From the NCBI GenBank assembly GCA_043798915.1, contig JAZDOG010000098.1, positions 1 to 32,713 of the forward strand: a DNA stretch of 32,713 nt, written 5' to 3'. Made by a program: the position numbers and the translations under genes. This stretch comes from Pseudomonadota bacterium (GTDB lineage: Bacteria; UBA10199; 2-02-FULL-44-16; JAAZCA01). Below the pieces are notes generated by a model, which worked only from the letters and a program-made list of their open reading frames with translations, did no database searches and was not told the DNA's origin. Below are positions 9,342 through 17,064 of this stretch, in pieces (position 1 is the first letter of the stretch; every line of letters starts with the position of its first letter).

Positions 9342-10502
9342 TCACTTTTGCCAGCACATATCATCAGGGGGAGAAACGGCCTCAAGGCGCTTCGCATAAT
9401 TCTTTCTCAGATGGCCATCTCTTGTGAGAAGATCGTGCTGTTTGAGCCTCTTCTCGATATGAGAGAACATCGCCTTGAAATATGGGCACATGGTTGACTT
9501 GTGAAGGAAGTTCCCCCGCCCGCGTCCCAGGTTCGGGCATCCACCGTAACACTTCTCGAAATATCTGCATCCGGCGCATTCCTCTTTGACGATGTCATAG
9601 CGGCCGAGCAGCATCTTTCGCGCAGGGGATTCCATGATTTCATCCATGGACTGACTGAAGATATTTCCATAGATATATCGCCCAAAGTCCATGCGGGAAC
9701 AATTATATGCCGTTCCGTCCGGATTGAAATGGATAGTATGTTCCGGACATGACTTTGAAAAGGCGCAGTCGCCAAGCCCATCCTTTGCACCCGCGAGAGC
9801 AGCGATAAAACAACCGAAGTTCGTTATTATGATATCAGCATCCCGGTCATAGAACCAGAGATCGAACAGCTTCATCGAAAATCTGGCGTATTCCGTGGGC
9901 GTGATTCCATAGAGATTTTCTTTTCGGGGGCCAAGGTGATGCGAAGGAACGGTGCTGAACGAGAGATTCCGCTCCCTGAAAAAACGATAGATTTCCTCCG
10001 CGCGCCCTATGTTCTGCCTGGTGATTACGCAAAGCATACTGCACCGAATGCCGTGCTCGTTCAGGATATCGAGATTCTTGAGAACGGCCGCTTCGGTGGG
10101 CGCCCCGTTCCTGAAAACGCGGTTTACATTGATCGCATCGAAGGAAACACCGACAGTCCCCATCCTGCCGGTCTTGAAAAGTTCCAGATAGTCCTCATCC
10201 AGGAGGGTGAGGTTCGTTTGAATGCCGTTTATGATATTGAACTTTTTATCACAAAAAATTTGATCCTGAAGCTCCAGAACCCTCCAATAGAATGACACCG
10301 GCATCAACATCGGCTCGCCGCCATGCCAGACAAATAACAGCTTAGAGGGATTTGAGTCCTTGAGGTAGAAATCTCTGATCCTGTTAAAGAGCCTTTCGAT
10401 CTTCTTTACCGTAAACACGTCATCCCTGTTATGATGCGCATGTTCATAACAGTATTTGCAGCGCAGGTTGCACCTCTTGGTGGTTTTGATGATGATATTC
10501 AT
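9342..10502 (-). CDS. Radical SAM/SPASM-domain peptide maturase (anSME-like fold)
   Basis: CNLRCKYC, WHGGEP, IQTN; SPASM cysteines CAFSKSC...YNC...YGNI...CAGCRYFEKCYGGCP...C; start 10502 or 10532. Confidence 0.9.
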   Translation of the reverse strand: MNIIIKTTKRCNLRCKYCYEHAHHNRDDVFTVKKIERLFNRIRDFYLKDSNPSKLLFVWHGGEPMLMPVSFYWRVLELQDQIFCDKKFNIINGIQTNLTLLDEDYLELFKTGRMGTVGVSFDAINVNRVFRNGAPTEAAVLKNLDILNEHGIRCSMLCVITRQNIGRAEEIYRFFRERNLSFSTVPSHHLGPRKENLYGITPTEYARFSMKLFDLWFYDRDADIIITNFGCFIAALAGAKDGLGDCAFSKSCPEHTIHFNPDGTAYNCSRMDFGRYIYGNIFSQSMDEIMESPARKMLLGRYDIVKEECAGCRYFEKCYGGCPNLGRGRGNFLHKSTMCPYFKAMFSHIEKRLKQHDLLTRDGHLRKNYAKRLEAVSPPDDMCWQK

Positions 10503-10520
10503 TGATATGAACAGACATAA

Positions 10521-10560
10521 ACACCCACACATGGCGGCATGTCACGCCATATGTAGGTGT
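10521..10560 (-). terminator. 16-bp RNA hairpin between precursor and maturase (attenuator or mRNA stabiliser)
   Basis: Minus strand ACACCUACAUAUGGCG-8 nt loop-CGCCAUGUGUGGGUGU pairs fully with two G-U wobbles, followed by UUAUGU. Confidence 0.65.
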
Positions 10561-10597
10561 CAACCGCCGAATTATCGCGTTCCAACCGCTGATCCGC

Positions 10598-10789
10598 TTA
10601 CCTCGTGGTCTTTTTCACCGCAGCAGGCTTCCCCATCGGCACTGTCGCTCGAACTGCGGGAATCACGCCTTTTTTCACCTGATCGGTCGGACGACTAACC
10701 TTATCCACCCTGCCTTTTCCGCTGCTCTGCAGCCAGTCCATCCACATCAACTCGCCCGGCTCAACCTCGTTATACAGTTTCTTCGGCAT
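10598..10789 (-). CDS. 63-aa putative RiPP precursor peptide (WMDWLQ motif)
   Basis: AAAGGAGG RBS before ATG 10789, promoter upstream, co-oriented directly before the rSAM/SPASM gene. Confidence 0.75.
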   Translation of the reverse strand: MPKKLYNEVEPGELMWMDWLQSSGKGRVDKVSRPTDQVKKGVIPAVRATVPMGKPAAVKKTTR

Positions 10790-10831
10790 ACAATCCTCCT
10801 TTGAATGAAAGAACACCTCACCCAATGACTG

Positions 10832-10859
10832 ATTATACGCCCTGTCGCTCTTTTTACAA
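10832..10859 (-). promoter_or_regulatory. Sigma70-type promoter for the precursor gene
   Basis: Minus strand TTGTAA-N16-TATAAT about 40 nt upstream of ATG 10789. Confidence 0.6.
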
Positions 10860-11016
10860 CATTTTCCTCCCCCGTCAGGATGGAATTGAATTGCCTTTCA
10901 GGGAGTAACCGGTTGATATATAATATAAAATATTATTCCAGTGCTGACTAAATAATTTTAACTGCGGTTGAACTCAGAACTCAGAACAAAACTTTCCCTT
11001 TCATTATCGAACCGGT

Positions 11017-11508
11017 ATGATTGCATTCATGCGCGGCAAAGCTACAAAATTCAGCCCCAGTCCCAAGCGAACATCGCCATCCCCACGCACTTCTATACAA
11101 CTCAATCATGAGACTGATGGCAGAACGATATCGCTGATCCACATCCGCATGAGGCTTGGGCAGGGAAGGTGGACAGGCACAAAGGCATTTCTCGATTCAG
11201 GCGCTCACACCAGCATATTCAATGCAAGGACGATGAAACGACTTGGAGTGTCTCCCTCCGTCGGAAAAATTGCCTCCATGCGAGACGGAAGCGGGAGGGT
11301 ATTTCGGTGCCGCCGGCGCAAGATCGAGGTGAAGGTGGGAAACCTCATCCTCCCCTTGAACGCGGCATTCTCTGAAGAGTTCAACATGGGCTTCAATATA
11401 CTGGGGATGGATTTCTTCTCTCAGACAGTCATAACCTTCGACATACCAAACAAGAGGATCCTGATCAGGAAAGAGGGACAAGGACGCCCAGCAGATCCAA
11501 TGTGTTGA
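11017..11508 (+). CDS. Retropepsin-like (clan AA) aspartic protease
   Basis: AFLDSGA catalytic motif and NILGMDFF motif; start uncertain. Confidence 0.8.
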   Translation: MIAFMRGKATKFSPSPKRTSPSPRTSIQLNHETDGRTISLIHIRMRLGQGRWTGTKAFLDSGAHTSIFNARTMKRLGVSPSVGKIASMRDGSGRVFRCRRRKIEVKVGNLILPLNAAFSEEFNMGFNILGMDFFSQTVITFDIPNKRILIRKEGQGRPADPMC

Positions 11509-13453
11509 TAAACTGAATCATCATATTATATGCGCTGGCATCTCGACCCACCGATATGCCACAGAGCTTCATGGCTTCCCCGACAGTCGTTCCAACCTCC
11601 AAAGCCCCAAGCAGCTTCAGGGACTCCCGCCTTCTCCCAACGACCCTGATCTGATCGCGCAGGACATACTCGGTTTTCCCTCTGTCATCTTTCAACTTTT
11701 TAATACGGCGTGGATTCAGATGGTACTTTCGATCGAGGATCCTCGAGAGACGAAAGTAGCCGGAATTCACCGGCCTTTCTCTAACCCTGTCTCCAAACAG
11801 CAAATCGTCGTCAAATAAAACCATCGCTAATTGATCAGCTTTTAAAAAAAGCAACGACCTGTTCTGGTGAAGCCCATTGATCCACTTATCCCACGCCATC
11901 CATTTTCTCGTAGCACGGGCCTTATCCTGCTTATTTTTCAGGATGTCGATGCTGAACAAATTGGAACCGAACAACGTCGCCGAAGAGGGAGCCGTTGTGA
12001 TGCCAAATTTGCCGGGATCCGCAGCGATGTCGGAATCGGAAAAGAGCTGAAAACCAGACAGGACGATGTTTGATATGAAGGGTACATACGGCGTGATGCG
12101 ATCGAGGGTGAGGACAAAGTCATCGGGCGTTTCCATAGGCAGGTCGAAGATCAGAAAAAGCGTCGGCTTCAAACCGCAGTCGCAAGCGCTTTCGATTGCC
12201 TTCAGCTGATCCCCTGCCAACAACCCCCTGTTCATAGCGCGCAGGACATCGTCGCTCAGCGACTCGACCCCGAACTGGATGCCCCTGAGCCCGCTCGCCT
12301 TGAGCTGTTCGAAGCGCGCTTTCGTCCAGCCTCTCTCCGGGCGAACCAGCGTATTCCATCGAACATCCAATTTGAGTTTGCGTATCGATTCGGCAATATC
12401 CAAAGCATCCTTTGGCGCAAGGGCCGAGCCAGCATTGAAAAACTTGCCACAGCCAAACTTTTTTTCGATACCCTTCATCTGTTCCGCAACGATCGGGCCT
12501 GGTCTGGCCATATATCTGGAAACCGTTTTTTTGCTGCAGTAAGAGCACCTGCGCCAATAGCACCCTTCAGATAGGGCATAGCTGAAATCGCGAGGCACGC
12601 TGAAATAACGATCCACTGGGAGGCACCCATATTTAGGGACGAGAAATGGGGCGCCAAGAGGACGGTCTCCTCCATTCAAAATCCGCGGCCACGCCTTTCC
12701 CTCAGAGCACATCCCGATTAGTTTCGAAAGCGCCCCTTCGCCATGGCCCAGCACGCAACAATCTATCGAGCTTGGAACCTGAGATTCATCGAAGACTGTA
12801 CCAAATGCGATTGTCGAAGCCGGCCCTCCTATCAGGAGCCGCACATCCCGATATTCTCTGCGTATATAATCCGCATATCCCACAACATTTACGAGCTGAC
12901 GGTGTGTGATGATTGAAAAACCAACGATATCCGGTTTCCACCGAAGGGCACCGTCAATCAATGATTGGATCCTCCTGAAGTGAGGAGGTATAATTCTGGC
13001 ATCATGATGATTGGCGGCCTCAAGAGCATGGATGATATTCCAGCACCTCTTGATCAGATCGTGCGCCCTGTAGTATTCCCTGGCGGAAAAGGACTGCGGC
13101 TTTTTCAGTATCCGGCTGGCTGCTCGATGATCCTCTGGGAGATCATCGCACCATCGGCGGACCCATGCCGACAGCTCAAAAAAACTTCTCTTCGGCAACC
13201 TCCTCGACCTGACCGTCGTCTCCAGCGCCTTTTGCAATTCGCCCGTCCCCTCGGGGCTCAGCATCCAGCGCGCGATCTCCAGATTCAGATCGCAGGCCTG
13301 CACCGACACCCCCTGTTCCTCAAGGCAGGCGGCAAGCTGCGGTATCGAGAGATAGGGGGAGCCGACATCCCAGACAGGCGGAAAAAAGAAGAGGACCTTC
13401 GTCCTCCCCTCATCCTTCCGATCTATTCTCCTGCTATGTGCGGATCCTGGCAT
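11465..13453 (-). CDS. Cobalamin-binding (class B) radical SAM protein, putative peptide methyltransferase
   Basis: N-terminal PYLSIPQLAA..DLN, DIVGFS, LIGGP, GHGE B12-domain motifs; GCYWRRCSYC; FGVESLSDDVL..M.RG. Confidence 0.88.
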   Translation of the reverse strand: MPGSAHSRRIDRKDEGRTKVLFFFPPVWDVGSPYLSIPQLAACLEEQGVSVQACDLNLEIARWMLSPEGTGELQKALETTVRSRRLPKRSFFELSAWVRRWCDDLPEDHRAASRILKKPQSFSAREYYRAHDLIKRCWNIIHALEAANHHDARIIPPHFRRIQSLIDGALRWKPDIVGFSIITHRQLVNVVGYADYIRREYRDVRLLIGGPASTIAFGTVFDESQVPSSIDCCVLGHGEGALSKLIGMCSEGKAWPRILNGGDRPLGAPFLVPKYGCLPVDRYFSVPRDFSYALSEGCYWRRCSYCSKKTVSRYMARPGPIVAEQMKGIEKKFGCGKFFNAGSALAPKDALDIAESIRKLKLDVRWNTLVRPERGWTKARFEQLKASGLRGIQFGVESLSDDVLRAMNRGLLAGDQLKAIESACDCGLKPTLFLIFDLPMETPDDFVLTLDRITPYVPFISNIVLSGFQLFSDSDIAADPGKFGITTAPSSATLFGSNLFSIDILKNKQDKARATRKWMAWDKWINGLHQNRSLLFLKADQLAMVLFDDDLLFGDRVRERPVNSGYFRLSRILDRKYHLNPRRIKKLKDDRGKTEYVLRDQIRVVGRRRESLKLLGALEVGTTVGEAMKLCGISVGRDASAYNMMIQFINTLDLLGVLVPLS

Positions 13454-13460
13454 CGGCTGT

Positions 13461-14711
13461 TCACCATCGGTTTGGCATGTCCATTTGTCTTATGGTCTTC
13501 GCTATCAAGCCACGACACAGGACCTTCATGTCCCGGTCGGCCTTCGTTCTCCATATGTTAAAATATTCATCCATCTTCGCCTTTTTCTTGTACATATCGG
13601 GCAGCGGCACTGGGATGAACCACTGAGCGCAGCTTCGAAACTCCAATCCCTCATAGATTTTTTTTAAACCGTCGTAGTATTTTTCAAACTTCTTCAGCTT
13701 TCCCCGGTAGATCACGATCTTGCATTTGGAATGCGTCTTAGCAAAGTGGCTCAGCACAGCCTTCAAATAGCCGTATCTCTTTTCAATATCCCTATGGAAC
13801 GGCTCAGCAAAAGGGAAGATAAAGTAGCACATATTGAAAGATTCGACAATTTTCTGGAGGGTGTCGACCGGCGGCAGATTGAAATATTCAAACTCGTAAT
13901 ACAGATCCAGATCATATCTGCGCGAACATATCTTATCCACATACTCCCGCCCCAGCATGCTGGCAAAGTCAGAGATGACATACACTCGCTTCACGCATTC
14001 GTCGCGGCTCAAGCGCCGCAGGTCCCGAACGACGCTCTCAGGACTTCTCGCGACCAATCCCCTCTTATATATTTTCCGCAAGGTTCCCCTTCTGGCATAG
14101 CAGAATTCGCAATCGTATCTGCACCCCTTGTACGCCGTGATGAACGGGTAGGTGCCAAGTATCTCGTTGAGGGGGCTCCCAAATGGAATGGAGCTGTGCA
14201 CCTTCTTCATCCGCTCTTTATAGGTTGGGAACCAATCGATCGTGATACAATCGCTGGCGCTATATGCATCCCCAGATACGGCATAGGATTGCGGAGCAGA
14301 GCGCCCGCGGCTGATGACATTGGGCACGTCTCTTGTGTCCAAACCGTCGAGCAAGCGGTCCACCAGCATACTGAAGGGATATTCGGCGTCTCCCTTGATC
14401 ACATAGTCTATGTCATAATGCTCGACGATGGGCTCTGCAAAGATTGTGGCAGTATGCCCCCCAACGATGATCTTCAGGACAGGGTTTATCTTCTTGAATT
14501 GGGCCGCCATCCTTCCGATTTCGCCAAGCGGAAAATACCAGTGGCAATCCATCACGACTATCCTGCTGTTTCGTATGTCGCGATCCCGCACCTCAAAATT
14601 GAGTTTGCCCAGCTTGGAGCAATCCAGGCTGTTCATCAACCCTATCAGACCTGACGGAATGCTGTAATCGGAGGGCCTGCCGCTTGGATGTATATAGAGG
14701 ATATCTCTCAT
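13461..14711 (-). CDS. Cobalamin-binding radical SAM protein, short and divergent
   Basis: MDCHW, IIVGGHTA, IKGDAE B12-domain motifs; KGCRYDCEFC; RSPESVV; start at ATG 14711. Confidence 0.82.
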   Translation of the reverse strand: MRDILYIHPSGRPSDYSIPSGLIGLMNSLDCSKLGKLNFEVRDRDIRNSRIVVMDCHWYFPLGEIGRMAAQFKKINPVLKIIVGGHTATIFAEPIVEHYDIDYVIKGDAEYPFSMLVDRLLDGLDTRDVPNVISRGRSAPQSYAVSGDAYSASDCITIDWFPTYKERMKKVHSSIPFGSPLNEILGTYPFITAYKGCRYDCEFCYARRGTLRKIYKRGLVARSPESVVRDLRRLSRDECVKRVYVISDFASMLGREYVDKICSRRYDLDLYYEFEYFNLPPVDTLQKIVESFNMCYFIFPFAEPFHRDIEKRYGYLKAVLSHFAKTHSKCKIVIYRGKLKKFEKYYDGLKKIYEGLEFRSCAQWFIPVPLPDMYKKKAKMDEYFNIWRTKADRDMKVLCRGLIAKTIRQMDMPNRW

Positions 14712-14733
14712 ATATGGTTTTTCACATCGGATG

Positions 14734-15675
14734 TTATCGCCTGGCCGACACACGAGCTGGCACTTCGGATGCGGTCTCCCCAAGATTGTACGGCTTAAAC
14801 CCAGGACATCGTAATTTAAATGCGCATTTTTTACATTGCGGATCGATATTCGCTTCCTTCTTCACAATTATGCCGGTGGTCATCCGCGGATCGAAATATA
14901 CTATCGGCTGTCGCAAAGGATCCGGAAGAAAACCATTCCTCGTGCAATCGCTGCGATTTTTTCGTTCCAGGACGCAATACGGGATGTGCGACACCAGACA
15001 ACGAACCCTGCCCATCGCCACGGCAGATGCCGCCTTATTGAGCAAGGCCTTCGTCTTCAGCATATCCACGGCGAATTCGGCAATATTGGCCTTCGCTTCT
15101 CCGGTATAAAGTGCGGGGTTCAAGCTGATATAGTCGACCTTCGGAAAATGGCCTGCAATCCATCGCGCGACAGCCGGATTTATGCGATACGTCGCCTTGC
15201 ACTGCAGCAGCTTGACCTCGACGATCAGCTCGTATCCCTTATCTTTTAAATCGCAAAGATTGCGGATGGCAGCACATGCTTTTTCAAATGACCCGCCCCT
15301 CCCGGTCATCGCATCATGCTGGCCGGACGTTTTGCCGTAGAGAGGTATGCAGATATAGTCAAGGCCGCAGCGGGCCAGCTTCGCTGCATACCGAGGATCT
15401 GCGAGTTTGATGCCATTCGTGAAGAGGTTCGACCTCGCCCCTCGCCTTTTTATTTCCTCAAGCATCCCACAGAGCCCATCGTGAAGCGTCGGCTCACCGC
15501 CGTTGATGATGATCCTGTCCCCTCGGCCTATCTTCCACTTTCTCAAGATTGACATGATTGTTCTGGTGGATATCTGGGAATGGCGGTCAAGATTCGCGGC
15601 GCAGAACCAGCATCGCTGGTTGCAGCGCAACGTGATATTGAAATAAAGGATTTTCATGTTTGCCCAATTTAGCAT
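14734..15675 (-). CDS. Radical SAM protein, HxsC-like, with C-terminal Cys motif
   Basis: CNQRCWFC, NGGEPT, FTNG, HDAMTG..GSF, HIPYC, C-terminal CKKCAFKLRCPG; start 15675 or 15657. Confidence 0.82.
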   Translation of the reverse strand: MLNWANMKILYFNITLRCNQRCWFCAANLDRHSQISTRTIMSILRKWKIGRGDRIIINGGEPTLHDGLCGMLEEIKRRGARSNLFTNGIKLADPRYAAKLARCGLDYICIPLYGKTSGQHDAMTGRGGSFEKACAAIRNLCDLKDKGYELIVEVKLLQCKATYRINPAVARWIAGHFPKVDYISLNPALYTGEAKANIAEFAVDMLKTKALLNKAASAVAMGRVRCLVSHIPYCVLERKNRSDCTRNGFLPDPLRQPIVYFDPRMTTGIIVKKEANIDPQCKKCAFKLRCPGFKPYNLGETASEVPARVSARR

Positions 15676-15746
15676 TTCTCCTGGGCGAAGACTAGGCTAA
15701 TATTCTTTTGGGCTAGCACGGCGGGCGGCTGATGTAGGAAGTTGGC

Positions 15747-16862
15747 TCATCTGCTCTGGCTCTGCTTATCCGTTACGTCGACGAACGGAATCTGTGGTGA
15801 AAGATTATATTGTTTTCCAACAGCTCGCAGTTCGCTCAAATCGTATTTGCTGTGGCAACCGGCATCCCAGCTGGATTTCCATCTGCCCATGACGATCCAA
15901 TTCACACCCGATGTTGTGAATTGCTGTTCCCCGTTATACTTGCGATAGACCTTGCCCGCTGTCGGGTCAGTCAGCACCCAGCGCCCCGTTCGTCGGTCAA
16001 ACACCTCGACGAGATCATGGCCCACATCCATATCGCCGTCGCCATATATGAATTCTGCACCCACCACCTTGAGAAGGCGAGCCTCCATACCAGTATTTTT
16101 CAGCAGCGACAGGAAGGTCTCCGCATAATCTCCACAAGCGAAAACGAACCGCGATCCGATCACTTCATGTGCGCTGCGGCGGCACACAAACAGGCTCGAG
16201 GGGCTCCCTTTTCTGGCCGCAAAAGGAGTGTTCTCATACTCGCCCAAGCTCGACATCCTTTTGCGGAACTCCAGCATGATCCCTTCAAGCGACTCCTCGG
16301 AGCCTATCCCGGCGAAAAAATCCCTTATGACGGACGTCGGGTAATTCTGCTGCACTCCTGGGGGTTGACCGTCGAGTTCAGCAAACGAACTGAACATGGC
16401 AGCTTCTGCTCTCAGATACGCATCGTCCAATTCGGCGAGCGGCAGTTTTGCGCCCATATATGTTTCCAACGACCTCTGAAAGCTACTGAGATACGGATCC
16501 GAAAAATCATCGACACAGGTGTTTGCAGAAGGCGGCGTCTCTTCACAGACGCGCAATTCGCGGAGGTCAATTCTGTTTTCGCCGTCTTTTCCGCACATCC
16601 CGCTCAAGAGAAGCCTGAATCGGGCCGCTCTCGGAATATACTCATTCGCTGGATCGCTTGGGCTCTCAGCTTCGATGGATATCGTCCCCAGGCTATCTGA
16701 ATAGGAATCGATGCGCAGGTGCCGTGCGCCGTCCTCACGATGACCGATCGTGCAGGTGCCCACGGCGCTCGTCTGCATGCTGTCAGAGAAACGATCCTGA
16801 AGACACCGGTCTTCCAGCACTTTAAATAGCTGATCGTTCCTCTCGATCTGACATATTGCCAT
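15747..16862 (-). CDS. Transglutaminase-like (papain-fold) domain protein
   Basis: Cys-His-Asp triad: ACGDYA..F..LL...G..AR, GHDLVEVF, WVLTDPT; start uncertain. Confidence 0.78.
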   Translation of the reverse strand: MAICQIERNDQLFKVLEDRCLQDRFSDSMQTSAVGTCTIGHREDGARHLRIDSYSDSLGTISIEAESPSDPANEYIPRAARFRLLLSGMCGKDGENRIDLRELRVCEETPPSANTCVDDFSDPYLSSFQRSLETYMGAKLPLAELDDAYLRAEAAMFSSFAELDGQPPGVQQNYPTSVIRDFFAGIGSEESLEGIMLEFRKRMSSLGEYENTPFAARKGSPSSLFVCRRSAHEVIGSRFVFACGDYAETFLSLLKNTGMEARLLKVVGAEFIYGDGDMDVGHDLVEVFDRRTGRWVLTDPTAGKVYRKYNGEQQFTTSGVNWIVMGRWKSSWDAGCHSKYDLSELRAVGKQYNLSPQIPFVDVTDKQSQSR

Positions 16863-17064
16863 TATGGCCTCAGGGCGTGAGGTAGACCCGCAACCACGGG
16901 CCGTCAATTTATTATCGTCCGAATGCCAAATTTGTTGCGCACATTTTTATTAACTGATTCACCTTATAAAACAAGTATTTATAGGCGCACCTCCCGCTTT
17001 TCCCGCTTGTGCTGAGGGGGGCTCTGCCTTATGATTCTGCGCACTCTGAGCAAGCGGAGAATAC

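Noticed and set aside
10970..10987. GAACTCA tandem repeat (2.5 copies) upstream of the protease
   Set aside because: Too short to distinguish from chance or slippage.
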